This document shows, piece by piece, positions 28,739 through 38,667 of a stretch of 64,000 nucleotides of DNA (its first letter is position 1; each line of letters opens with the position of its first letter). Origin of the DNA: Escherichia coli 042 (lineage in GTDB: Bacteria > Pseudomonadota > Gammaproteobacteria > Enterobacterales > Enterobacteriaceae); NCBI RefSeq assembly GCF_000027125.1, contig NC_017626.1. One strand, given 5' to 3'. The notes beneath the pieces are model-generated. The model saw only the letters and a program-made list of their open reading frames with translations. It was not told the DNA's origin and made no database searches. Made by a program: the position numbers and the translations under genes.

Positions 28739-30682
28739 TTAAATCCTTAGCAGACGTTTGCAATTTGCAGCCGTTTGTTCTGCATCCTGGATATCCTGTT
28801 CCGACATTAAGCATCGCAACGCATCTTTTTCAATCCAGGGGTTGTTATTTCCGGCAATTGTTAGCCACATCCATGCTTGTTTATTATCAATTTTAGTGCC
28901 TGTCCCCTGAGCATACATTGCCGCAGTCTGGTGCTGCGCCTCGGTCGACCCTAAACGCGCCGCTTTTTCGTACCAGTGCAGCGCATGATTTTCATCTTTT
29001 ATGGTATCTTTTGTACCGTACAGATACATTTCGGCTAACAAAAATATCGCCTCTATTTGCCCACGCTGCGCTGCACCAGTAATCCATTGAATAGCCTCTG
29101 CGTTATTTTCAGGATCATCATTGTTGGTTAAATAATATTTCCCCAATTCATACATGGCCTCCCCTGCCCCATCTGTCCCATTTTTTGCTACTTTGGTAAA
29201 CCAGTACAGCGCTTTTTCCTGGTCCTGTAGAATACTCTCACTTTCGCTATACAACCTGGCAGTATGATATTGCGCATATAAATATCCCTGTTCTGCTGAT
29301 TGCAAAAGCCAACGATGGGCCTGTACCTTATCACGTGCCACACCAATCCCGTGTATATACATTTGTCCCAAATCATACTGGGCACGCTCATGTCCTTGTG
29401 TGGCGGCAGATAAATACCACCGTAATGCTTCTTCATAATTTCGTAATGGCTCAACAGCGAAGCGTGAGATACGGGCAATCTCATATTGCGCAGATGCGTT
29501 GCCATTTTTGGCAGCAAGTAAAAACCATTTTCGTGCCTCACTAATATTCTTATCCGTGCCCCTTCCATCGCGATACATGATGCCCAGCGCATACTGAGCA
29601 TCGATAACATTATGCTGCGCGGCGCGGGTAAACCAGTTAAAGGCTAATTTTAGATCCTGTGAAACCTCATCACCTTCATAATACATTTTGCCAAGAGAAT
29701 ACCAGGCAAGTGAATAGCCTTGCTCTGCAGCATGTAAGCAGGACTGGAATACAGAAGATGGATAATAAAAAAGACCTTTTAATTTTATGGCATTTAGCAA
29801 CTTTTTATATCCACTATGATGTTGCATTGCTAAATTATTGAAGCGTTCTGTTAATTTCCACTTGCGAATCATTTTTTCTTTTCGCCAGGAATATGATAAA
29901 CGCTCTATTAACAATGCCATATAGTTGTCTGATAGTTCAAATCCAGCGACTTTATTTAATACTGCGATATCAAACCATTTCAGGCTCTCTTCATTATCCT
30001 TTAATGATTGATAAATCGTAGCCATTTCCTTCCCGTTTTCCATTTCTTCCAGTGGAGACGAGTTACTGCCAAAGAAAGGGGTAATTTGTTTTTCGATTCG
30101 TGAATAAAGAAGACAACTTTCGTTAATTTCTGTCTGGATAGCTGGTTGACGGCTGCCTGCAACTAAATGCCATCTGAACGTTTGTGCAGCAGCGAGAGTT
30201 AATAATGGCCGGAATACCCGATGAAGATGCAGTAATAACGCTTCTTCAAAGCTCATTCGTGAGCTGAGATCTTTTTTCTCAAGGAAAGATAACGCCTTAG
30301 CAAGTTGCATGGGGGCGTGTTCGGGGGTTGCTTCATTCTCCTCACAGAGCATATCCAGCACGGCTTGCCAGGTGAATTCCTCCTCTGATTTAATAGTGAC
30401 ATCAGGAAGTGGATGACCAGAAAAGGTGTTGAGTGCGCGAAATGTCATCACAGGACGAGGATGAACAATACCCCTGGATATATTGATCGGTTGCTCTTCT
30501 TCCTCTTCTTGCCACTGATCTTCGTCGTCATAACGTAAAGCCTGTTCATAAGCATCGTGCAATTGTTGCCAGGCTTCGGGAGAATCTTCCGGGCGGCAAT
30601 TTTTTACCAGTTGCGCATAACGACGCTTAATATCTCGTTCTTCCGCGCCAGGTTGTAAACCTAATATTTCCCAGCAGTTCAT
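28739..30682 (-). CDS. J-like domain / Sel1-repeat protein, putative co-chaperone of the adjacent Hsp70
   Basis: ORF track 28739..30697 trimmed to ATG at 30682, which overlaps the upstream Hsp70 stop as ATGA. N-terminus CWEILGLQPGAEERDIKRRYAQLVKNCRPEDSPEAWQQLHDAYEQAL resembles a J domain but has RPE where HPD is expected; acidic linker; C-terminal half contains multiple Sel1-like repeats (AQYALGIMYRDGRGTDKNISEARKWFLLAAKNG, AQYDLGQMYIHGIGVARDKVQAHRWLLQSAEQG). Not a K-12 gene I recognise at this locus. Confidence 0.7.
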   Translation of the reverse strand: MNCWEILGLQPGAEERDIKRRYAQLVKNCRPEDSPEAWQQLHDAYEQALRYDDEDQWQEEEEEQPINISRGIVHPRPVMTFRALNTFSGHPLPDVTIKSEEEFTWQAVLDMLCEENEATPEHAPMQLAKALSFLEKKDLSSRMSFEEALLLHLHRVFRPLLTLAAAQTFRWHLVAGSRQPAIQTEINESCLLYSRIEKQITPFFGSNSSPLEEMENGKEMATIYQSLKDNEESLKWFDIAVLNKVAGFELSDNYMALLIERLSYSWRKEKMIRKWKLTERFNNLAMQHHSGYKKLLNAIKLKGLFYYPSSVFQSCLHAAEQGYSLAWYSLGKMYYEGDEVSQDLKLAFNWFTRAAQHNVIDAQYALGIMYRDGRGTDKNISEARKWFLLAAKNGNASAQYEIARISRFAVEPLRNYEEALRWYLSAATQGHERAQYDLGQMYIHGIGVARDKVQAHRWLLQSAEQGYLYAQYHTARLYSESESILQDQEKALYWFTKVAKNGTDGAGEAMYELGKYYLTNNDDPENNAEAIQWITGAAQRGQIEAIFLLAEMYLYGTKDTIKDENHALHWYEKAARLGSTEAQHQTAAMYAQGTGTKIDNKQAWMWLTIAGNNNPWIEKDALRCLMSEQDIQDAEQTAANCKRLLRI

Positions 30683-32379
30683 TGTAGACGCTCCCATTCC
30701 AGAGAGTCTAATGTCGGTTCAACTTTAGCCCGAAAATCAGCTAGTTGATCAGGATCCTGCTTCTCGAGTAGATAACTGAATTGACGAGAGCAATTGCTTA
30801 TCCAGTCTCGTGTTTCCGCCAGGGTGAGTTGATAGAGATTATCAAGACGGGCAATAAAGGCCTGGTTTATCTGTTCATCGCGTGGGTGAATTTTTAACAG
30901 GCTTAATTTGGACAACGACTGCTGTATTTGTTCTGCCGTTAATGCCCCTGGGTTCTGTTCAATAACCAGACTATTTTTAGCCCCTGTCAGTGGCACGCTG
31001 ATATCGACATCAAGAATACCGTTAATGTCGTACGTAAAACGAACATCAATACGCACATTACCGGCCGGTTTTGGCGGAACATTCACTGACAACTCCGCAA
31101 GGAAAATATTATCACCCACCATCCTGCTTTCACCCTGGTAGATTTTAAAATTAACCTCTGTTTGTTGATCATGTGCCGTATAAAAGGCACGAACGCGACT
31201 ACAAGGAATACTTCGGTTACGCTCAATAACGGGTGCAAAATAGCCTGATTCGCGGGTATGCCCCAGCGATTTAGAGGTATCAACGCCAAGTGTATAAGGG
31301 CAAACATCGGTCACTACTACATCTTGTAATTCGCTGTGCCGCGCTTTAAGTGCGGCCTGAATAGCCGCGCCCTGAGCAATGACTTCATCCGGGTTTAAAT
31401 GCATTGCCGGTATACGACCAAAAAGTTGTGTCACAAGTTTGCGAATCAGCGGCATACGTGTAGTGCCACCCACAAGAACAACCTGGTCTAATTGGCTAAT
31501 ATTAATTTTTGCATCGCGAATTGCCCGTTCCAGTGGCATACGGATTCGCTCGAAAAATGCCTGTAATAAAAATTCAAATTTTTCTGTGGTCAGATGCCAG
31601 TAATATCGCCTTCCTTCAATCTCCACACTGAAAGTTGCTTCGTCACGCATACTAAGCACGCGTTTGACACGCTCAGCCTCAATGCGTAAATGGCGTTGGA
31701 GTGTCGGTTCACGCCATTCAATATTTTCAGGAAGATCCATACGTGAGCAATATGCATCGATCAGGATATCGACAATATCTTCACCACCTAAAAAGTTATC
31801 CCCGGCACTGGCTCGTACTTCCATAATATTGTCAAACAACTCCAGTATGGAGATATCAAACGTACCACCACCTAAATCGAATACCAAAAATTGATGTTCA
31901 TCATCTTTATTATGCAAACCATACGCCAGTGCAGCGGCGGTTGGTTCGTTAATTAAACGTTCGACGTTTAAGCCTGCCATTGAAGCTGCCAATTTTGTTG
32001 CTTTGCGTTGCACATCACCAAAATAAGCAGGTACGCTAATTACTGCTTCTGTTATCTCTTCACCTAAATAGCTTTCAGCATCATCTTTTAGCTGACGCAG
32101 TATCAGCGATGAGAGTTCCTCTGCCCGAAATTCACGTCCGCCCAATTTAAACGTCTTTGATGTGCCCATCATGCGTTTAAAATTGGCTGCACAGTTTTGT
32201 GGTTTGATGAGTTGCAGGTCACGAGCTGCCTCCCCTGTCAAAACCATACCATCTTCGTCAACACAAACTACGCTGGGTGTTAAAAACTTGCCTAACGCAT
32301 TGGGGATCAGTTCACTTTGTCCATTTCGCCATACCGCTGCCAGACTGTTAGTCGTCCCGAGGTCAATACCGATAATCAT
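30679..32379 (-). CDS. Hsp70-family ATPase, HscC-like
   Basis: ORF track 30679..32394 (TTG) trimmed to ATG at 32379 with AAGAGGA Shine-Dalgarno. Hsp70 motifs present: IGIDLGTTNS (phosphate 1), FDLGGGTFD (phosphate 2), VLVGGTTRMP (adenosine), beta-sandwich substrate-binding region VTDVCPYTLGVDT; about 566 aa, shorter than DnaK. Confidence 0.75.
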   Translation of the reverse strand: MIIGIDLGTTNSLAAVWRNGQSELIPNALGKFLTPSVVCVDEDGMVLTGEAARDLQLIKPQNCAANFKRMMGTSKTFKLGGREFRAEELSSLILRQLKDDAESYLGEEITEAVISVPAYFGDVQRKATKLAASMAGLNVERLINEPTAAALAYGLHNKDDEHQFLVFDLGGGTFDISILELFDNIMEVRASAGDNFLGGEDIVDILIDAYCSRMDLPENIEWREPTLQRHLRIEAERVKRVLSMRDEATFSVEIEGRRYYWHLTTEKFEFLLQAFFERIRMPLERAIRDAKINISQLDQVVLVGGTTRMPLIRKLVTQLFGRIPAMHLNPDEVIAQGAAIQAALKARHSELQDVVVTDVCPYTLGVDTSKSLGHTRESGYFAPVIERNRSIPCSRVRAFYTAHDQQTEVNFKIYQGESRMVGDNIFLAELSVNVPPKPAGNVRIDVRFTYDINGILDVDISVPLTGAKNSLVIEQNPGALTAEQIQQSLSKLSLLKIHPRDEQINQAFIARLDNLYQLTLAETRDWISNCSRQFSYLLEKQDPDQLADFRAKVEPTLDSLEWERLQ

Positions 32380-32394
32380 AATTATCCTCTTCAA

Positions 32395-32560
32395 ATAAAT
32401 GAACTGATCATTTTATAGAGCAGTTATATATATTCATTTTGTGAATAATGTTCACAATCCCTGCGTTTAAAAATAATTTATAATGATGCAATCCATAACA
32501 TAACTTACGTGAATATAAAGATATTTCGTTTATAATTTTAGCTGTGGGTACTTATATCAT
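32395..32560 (-). promoter_or_regulatory. AT-rich upstream region, presumed promoter of the Hsp70 operon
   Basis: About 165 bp of very AT-rich sequence immediately upstream of the Hsp70 start; typical of promoters of horizontally acquired genes and of H-NS-bound DNA; no specific -35/-10 assigned. Confidence 0.3.
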
Positions 32561-32574
32561 ATACTCTAAATAAT

Positions 32575-32770
32575 TCGATTTGTAGGAAGGCAGCAAGTAA
32601 GTGAATCCCGAGGAGCTTACATAAGTAAGTGACTGGGCTGAACGACAAATCCGCATGGAGCGGATTTGAACGCTGCTTTCAGCGGCCCCGTAAGGGGTGA
32701 GGCCCATGGATGGGCCGAATAACCCGCAGACGCAGCACATGCAACTTGAAGCATGACGAGTATAACCAAT
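32575..32770. other. GC-rich structured non-coding segment (candidate small RNA or gene remnant)
   Basis: No convincing ORF; direct repeat AAGTAAGTGA twice 30 bp apart (32596-32605, 32623-32632); hairpins AATCCGC-ATGGAG-CGGATTT, CCCC-GTAA-GGGG (GNRA-type loop) and GGCCC-ATGGAT-GGGCC; followed by the 32771-32808 terminator hairpin. Confidence 0.25.
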
Positions 32771-32808
32771 AAAGCCAATGGCGGAATATCTACCATTGGC
32801 TTTGTTTT
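32771..32808. terminator. Hairpin terminator between topB and the structured segment
   Basis: AAAGCCAATGG-loop-CCATTGGCTTT followed by GTTTT on the plus strand and preceded by an A-rich run, so it could terminate plus-strand transcripts and, less efficiently, topB. Confidence 0.5.
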
Positions 32809-32823
32809 AGAGTGGAAAACGAA

Positions 32824-34770
32824 TTAATTAGCAGAATCCGTATTATCTTTTTTGGGCTTTGCCGCTTTTTTCACACGATTATTGGGTGCTTTTTTAACAG
32901 CCCCCCCACCTGGTGCCACAATTCCTCTAAACCGTCTGACCGGAGTGCTACGAGCCTGATCAATCAGTTGGTAAAGCGTCCCCACCAACGGCTGCATAAA
33001 GTCCTGATAGCGACACTGCTTTTCGCTGATTTGCGTCAGCACCGATTCCCAGTGCGCGGTCATGTCCGGTCTCGTTGCCATCTCCGGCAGCGAATGGAAT
33101 AACGCTTTTCCAGCGTCGGTGGAGTGGATATAGCGCCCTTTTTTGGTCAGGAAACCACGCTTGAACAACAGTTCAATAATCCCGGCACGTGTTGCTTCTG
33201 TCCCCAGACCATCGGTAGCACGGAGGATCTTTTTCAGATCTTTGTCCTGCACAAAGCGCGCGATCCCGGTCATCGCCGAAAGCAGTGTTGCATCGGTAAA
33301 ATGGCGCGGCGGCTGCGTTTGCCGCTCTACCACTTCACCTTTTTCACACAGCAACTCATCGCCTTTCGCCACCACAGGCAGCGGCGTGCCATCGTTTTCT
33401 TCATCGCGCTCTTTGCTGCCTAACAGCGTGCGCCAGCCTGCTTCGGCAAGAAAACGGGCTTTAGCGACAAATTTACCTTTGGCTATTTCCAGTTCGATAA
33501 CACACTTGCGGAACACCGCATCCGGGCAGAACTGCATCAGGTATTGACGAGCAATCAGGTTATAGACCTTCGATTCGTTCTCCGTCAGGTTGATCGCAGA
33601 ACTCCGTGCGGTCGGGATGATGGCGTGGTGCGCATCGACCTTTTTGTCATCCCAGCAGCGGTTGCGTATATCTGGATCGACCACTGGCTGCGGTAACAAC
33701 CCCGGTGCATGAACGCTGATGGCATTCATCACTGCGTGGCGTCCGGCAAAATGCTCTTCCGGCAGATAGCGACAATCGGAACGCGGATAAGTGATTAGCT
33801 TGTGCGTTTCGTACAACTTCTGGCAGATATCAAGCACGTTCTGCGCACTCAGACCAAAGCGTTTTGCCGCTTCAATCTGCAACGCCGAAAGCGAAAACGG
33901 CAGCGGTGCGGATTCTGATTCCCGTTTATCGTTATAGCTGGTGACTATAGCCGGTTGACCACTAATGCGGTTAACCACATGCTCCGCCAGTGGACGATGT
34001 AACAAGCGCCCTTCTTCATCCTGGTACGGTTCACACGCTTCGCTCGGTTGCCAGATAGCGGTAAACCGCTCATCGGCAGGTGTCACGATATGTGCTTTGA
34101 CTTCAAAGAAGTCTTTCGCCACGAAGTTTTCAATCTCTTCGTCGCGGCGCACTACCAGCCCGAGCACGGGCGTCTGCACGCGTCCCACGGAAAGCACGCC
34201 CTGATAACCCGCATTGCGACCGAGAATGGTGTAAGCGCGGGTCATATTGATTCCGTACAGCCAGTCGGCTCGGGCTCGCGCCAGTGCAGAAACGCACAAC
34301 GGCACAAACTCACTGTTGGAACGAAGACGATCGATCGCCCGCTCAACCGCCTGCGGGTTCAGGTCGTTTATCAAGCAACGCTGCACCTGCTGGCGCTTTT
34401 CCGGTGCCAGTTGCAGATAGTCCAGCACTTCATCCACCAGTAATTGCCCTTCGCGATCCGGGTCACCGGCGTGAACGATTTCGCTGGCTTCATGCAGGAA
34501 GCGTTTGATGACATTAAGTTGTTTAGTCACGGAGGGTCGGGGCTGTAATTGCCACTTTTCCGGGACAATCGGCAAATCCGCAAGATTCCAGCGCGCATAG
34601 CGGCTGTCGTAGGCGTCTGGCTGCGCCTGCTCAAGCAGGTGACCGATACACCAGGTCACTACCTGACCATTACCGCACTCGATAAAGCCATCGCCTTTCC
34701 GGTGCGGTTTGGGCAGGACATCAGCAATGGCGCGCGCCAGACTCGGTTTTTCGGCAATAAACAACCGCAT
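32824..34770 (-). CDS. topB: DNA topoisomerase III
   Basis: ORF track 32824..34827 trimmed to ATG at 34770 ([19 protein letters not shown], Toprim N-terminus), 4 bp after the selD stop; gives 648 aa. Confidence 0.9.
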   Translation of the reverse strand: MRLFIAEKPSLARAIADVLPKPHRKGDGFIECGNGQVVTWCIGHLLEQAQPDAYDSRYARWNLADLPIVPEKWQLQPRPSVTKQLNVIKRFLHEASEIVHAGDPDREGQLLVDEVLDYLQLAPEKRQQVQRCLINDLNPQAVERAIDRLRSNSEFVPLCVSALARARADWLYGINMTRAYTILGRNAGYQGVLSVGRVQTPVLGLVVRRDEEIENFVAKDFFEVKAHIVTPADERFTAIWQPSEACEPYQDEEGRLLHRPLAEHVVNRISGQPAIVTSYNDKRESESAPLPFSLSALQIEAAKRFGLSAQNVLDICQKLYETHKLITYPRSDCRYLPEEHFAGRHAVMNAISVHAPGLLPQPVVDPDIRNRCWDDKKVDAHHAIIPTARSSAINLTENESKVYNLIARQYLMQFCPDAVFRKCVIELEIAKGKFVAKARFLAEAGWRTLLGSKERDEENDGTPLPVVAKGDELLCEKGEVVERQTQPPRHFTDATLLSAMTGIARFVQDKDLKKILRATDGLGTEATRAGIIELLFKRGFLTKKGRYIHSTDAGKALFHSLPEMATRPDMTAHWESVLTQISEKQCRYQDFMQPLVGTLYQLIDQARSTPVRRFRGIVAPGGGAVKKAPNNRVKKAAKPKKDNTDSAN

Positions 34771-34774
34771 TGAA

Positions 34775-35818
34775 TTAACGGATCTCAACCATGGCACGAC
34801 CGCCGCGCGCTGGCACCAGTTCGCCAATCGCCGTCAGTTCAATGCCAAACTCGGCGGCTGTAGCTTTAACCTCATTTTCTGCTTCCGGCATGACCGCCAG
34901 CAGCAAACCGCCAGAAGTTTGCGGATCGCACAGCAAATCGCGCACTTCACGCGGCATTTCACCCATCAGATGACCGTAGCTGGCAAAGTTACGTTCGGTG
35001 CCGCCAGGCACTGCGCCCAACTTAATGTACTCTTCAACCCCCGGCAATTTTGGGATCGCGTCATAGTCAACGCGCGCCTGCACACCTGCGCCCTGACACA
35101 TTTCGCTCAAATGGCCCAGCAGACCAAAACCCGTAACGTCGGTCATCGCTTTTACGCCTTCGATGTTGGCAAAGGACGCGCCTGCGATGTTCATCCGGCA
35201 CATCACTTCCGTCGCCAGTCCCTGATGTTCTGGTTTCAGCAGTGATTTTTTCTCAGCCGTGGTAAGAACGCCGATCCCCAGCGGTTTCGTCAGGAACAGT
35301 TTGCATCCGGCTTGTGCGGTACTGTTTTTCTTCACCCGCTCGGTCGGTACGATCCCCGTTACCGCCAGACCAAAAATCGGCTCCGGCGCATCGATGGAGT
35401 GACCGCCAGCCAGCGCAATACCCGCCTGACGGCATGCATAGCGTCCACCTTCGGTTACTTCGCGGGCAATTTCAGGGGAAAGTTTGTTAATAGGCCAGCC
35501 GAGGATCGCAATCGCCATAATCGGTTTGCCACCCATCGCGAAGATATCACTGATGGCGTTAGTCGCCGCAATGCGGCCAAAATCGAAAGGATTATCAACG
35601 ATCGGCATAAAGAAGTCGGTGGTACTGATAACGCTGGTGCCATTGCCCAGATCGTACACCGCCGCATCGTCGCGGGTTTCATTACCCACAAGCAAATTCG
35701 GATCAACAAACTTCGCCTGCTCACTGTGCAGGATAGTTTCCAACACTTTTGGGGAAATTTTACAGCCGCAACCAGCTCCGTGGCTGTATTGGGTCAAACG
35801 AATCGAGTTCTCGCTCAT
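34775..35818 (-). CDS. selD: Selenide, water dikinase (selenophosphate synthetase)
   Basis: ORF trimmed to ATG at 35818 ([23 protein letters not shown] with the catalytic Cys region); 347 aa. Confidence 0.95.
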
Positions 35819-35934
35819 GGACATCTCCTGTCAATGCAATCCGGGTATGGTAACCCTCATTCCGTGAAGTGATAAGTGAGAGTGTCTGAATTCCTGCGCC
35901 TTTGCTCACAATCCAGACAGTTTCGCGACAATTA

Positions 35935-36486
35935 TCAGAAATAAGTGACAAACGGCGTCGGGTCCGGGACGTTAATCGACGTAGATGCTTTCAGCTGCGG
36001 CGTACCAAGGTAGAGAAAACCGACAATTTTATCCTGCTCACGGCAACCGAATGCTTCACGCACTACCGGACTTTCAGTTAATGCGCCACTGCGCCAGATG
36101 CCGCCAAACCCCTGGGCAACTGCTGCCATTTGCATCGCCATGACCGCGCATCCCGCAGACATTTCCTGTTCCCAGCGCGGGACTTTATGATTTTCTTCGC
36201 ATTTTGCCACCACCGTTATGATGAGCGGTGCGCGGAACGGCGCATTACGCGCTTTGTCGATAGCTTTTTCATCACTACCGGCAGCAATCGCCCCCTGTTC
36301 CAATAATGCGCTGAAACGCTCGCGTCCTTCCCCTTCAATCACAAAAAAATGCCACGGTTGCATGGACTTATGGTCCGGCGCACGCATACCCGCTCGCAGT
36401 ATGTTTTGCAGTTGTTCACCCGTTGGCGCAGGTTCAGCCAGGCGGGAGGCGCTACGGCGATTGATCAATAGTTCGAGTGCATCCAT
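35935..36486 (-). CDS. ydjA: NAD(P)H nitroreductase-family protein
   Basis: ORF trimmed to ATG at 36486 ([16 protein letters not shown]); 183 aa. Confidence 0.85.
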   Translation of the reverse strand: MDALELLINRRSASRLAEPAPTGEQLQNILRAGMRAPDHKSMQPWHFFVIEGEGRERFSALLEQGAIAAGSDEKAIDKARNAPFRAPLIITVVAKCEENHKVPRWEQEMSAGCAVMAMQMAAVAQGFGGIWRSGALTESPVVREAFGCREQDKIVGFLYLGTPQLKASTSINVPDPTPFVTYF

Positions 36487-36646
36487 TTGATTAACTCCTG
36501 TCATGATATTTATTCACAAAATTAACACGAGAGTGGATTTTGTTACAGCACAGTCCGCAATTCCTGCTGACAAGTGCCGGTTGGGTCATTACGATAACCA
36601 CATCTATTGCGCCTGTGACAGGTGTGACCTTAAATTGGGAGAATAC

Positions 36647-38503
36647 ATGCGAACCCTTTGGCGATTTATTGCCGGATTATTTAAATGGACGTGGCGTCTG
36701 CTGAATTTCGTCCGTGAAATGGTACTTAACCTGTTCTTTATTTTTCTCGTACTGGTTGGTGTGGGGATTTGGATGCAGGTCAGTGGTGGTGATTCGAAAG
36801 AAACGGCCAGTCGTGGCGCACTGCTGCTGGACATTTCTGGTGTGATCGTCGATAAACCCGACAGTTCTCAGCGGTTTAGTAAATTAAGCCGCCAACTGCT
36901 TGGTGCCAGTTCCGATCGTCTGCAGGAAAACTCACTGTTTGATATCGTCAACACCATTCGCCAGGCGAAGGACGACCGCAATATCACCGGTATCGTGATG
37001 GATCTGAAAAACTTCGCAGGCGGCGACCAGCCGTCTATGCAGTACATCGGCAAAGCCCTGAAAGAGTTTCGTGACAGCGGGAAACCGGTTTATGCCGTTG
37101 GCGAGAACTACAGCCAGGGGCAATATTATCTCGCCAGTTTCGCCAATAAAATTTGGCTGTCACCGCAAGGCGTGGTGGATCTGCACGGCTTTGCCACCAA
37201 CGGTCTGTACTACAAATCGTTGCTGGATAAGCTGAAAGTTTCCACCCATGTGTTCCGCGTGGGTACGTATAAATCTGCCGTTGAACCGTTTATTCGTGAT
37301 GATATGTCGCCTGCAGCCCGCGAAGCTGACAGCCGCTGGATTGGTGAGCTGTGGCAAAACTATCTGAATACTGTTGCCGCTAACCGGCAGATCCCTGCTC
37401 AGCAGGTATTCCCTGGCGCGCAAAGGTTGCTTGAGGGTTTAACCAAAACCGGTGGCGATACCGCGAAATATGCGCTGGAAAACAAGCTGGTCGATGCACT
37501 GGCATCGAGTGCCGAAATCGAAAAAGCTCTGACCAAAGAGTTCGGCTGGAGTAAGACTGATAAAAATTATCGCGCCATCAGTTATTACGATTACGCATTG
37601 AAAACACCGGCAGATACCGGTGACAGCATCGGTGTCGTCTTCGCGAATGGCGCAATTATGGATGGCGAGGAAACTCAGGGGAATGTTGGCGGTGATACCA
37701 CTGCGGCACAAATCCGCGACGCTCGCCTTGACCCGAAAGTGAAAGCGATTGTCCTGCGTGTTAATAGCCCAGGCGGCAGCGTTACCGCGTCCGAAGTGAT
37801 TCGCGCTGAACTGGCTGCCGCCAGATCAGCGGGTAAACCTGTGGTTGTGTCGATGGGCGGTATGGCGGCATCTGGTGGTTACTGGATTTCCACGCCAGCT
37901 AATTACATTGTGGCTAACCCCAGCACCCTGACCGGTTCTATCGGTATCTTCGGCGTGATCACCACCGTAGAAAATAGTCTGGATTCGATTGGTGTTCATA
38001 CTGATGGTGTATCAACTTCACCGCTGGCGGATGTTTCTATCACCAAGGCACTGCCGCAGGAAGCGCAGCAGATGATGCAGTTAAGCATTGAGAATGGCTA
38101 TAAACGCTTTATCACGCTGGTTGCTGATGCGCGTCATTCGACGCCGGAGCAGATTGATAAAATCGCCCAGGGCCACGTCTGGACCGGTCAGGATGCAAAA
38201 GCTAACGGGCTGGTCGATAGTCTCGGGGATTTCGATGATGCGGTCGCCAAAGCAGCAGAGCTGGCAAAAGTGAAACAGTGGCATCTGGAATATTACGTTG
38301 ATGAACCGACCTTCTTCGACAAAGTGATGGACAACATGTCTGGTTCTGTCCGGGCAATGTTGCCAGATGCGTTCCAGGCCATGTTACCTGCACCGCTGGC
38401 CTCGGTAGCCTCTACCGTAAAAAGTGAAAGCGACAAGCTGGCCGCGTTTAACGACCCACAAAACCGTTATGCGTTTTGCCTGACCTGCGCCAACGTGCGT
38501 TAA
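36647..38503 (+). CDS. sppA: Signal peptide peptidase (protease IV)
   Basis: ORF track 36503..38503 trimmed to ATG at 36647 ([14 protein letters not shown]); 618 aa. Confidence 0.9.
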
Positions 38504-38667
38504 GTCTTGTACTGAGTGGCCGACAGATCGTCGGCCACATTTTTTTACCTCGACGAATCCTCTTCCCGCTGTCTCGCCCCATATTTCCTTATCCGCATAG
38601 TATCAGGTGCGCTCCCCCTGCCTCACGTATATACTTTTGCTCTTTCGATATCATTCATATCAATATC

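Noticed and set aside
29188-29610. 140 aa minus-strand ORF in an alternative frame of the J-like/Sel1 gene
   Set aside because: Same strand but out of frame with the long ORF that carries recognisable Sel1 repeats; no start context.
28735-32560. Mobile-element signatures flanking the Hsp70 insert
   Set aside because: Looked for integrase or transposase genes, terminal inverted repeats, a tRNA target or flanking direct repeats; none were seen by eye, so the insert is not called a mobile element despite its atypical composition.
32617-32796. 59-codon minus-strand ORF just downstream of topB (MVDIPPLALLVILVMLQVACAASAG...)
   Set aside because: Hydrophobic N-terminus is suggestive, but there is no Shine-Dalgarno, the region is GC-rich with several frames open, and an overlapping 62 aa ORF (32552..32740) in another frame is equally open; treated as part of the structured non-coding segment or a gene remnant.
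34709-35872. Plus-strand ORFs of 178 and 186 aa antisense to selD
   Set aside because: Both lie inside selD on the opposite strand and have no start context; selD has a clear catalytic N-terminus.
36503-36646. Upstream extensions of ORFs in the track (sppA here; similarly ansA, ynjD, ydjY, topB, astD, chbF)
   Set aside because: The track starts ORFs at the first possible start including TTG/GTG/CTG; the extensions overlap neighbouring genes and lack ribosome-binding sites, so the in-frame ATG with a Shine-Dalgarno was used.
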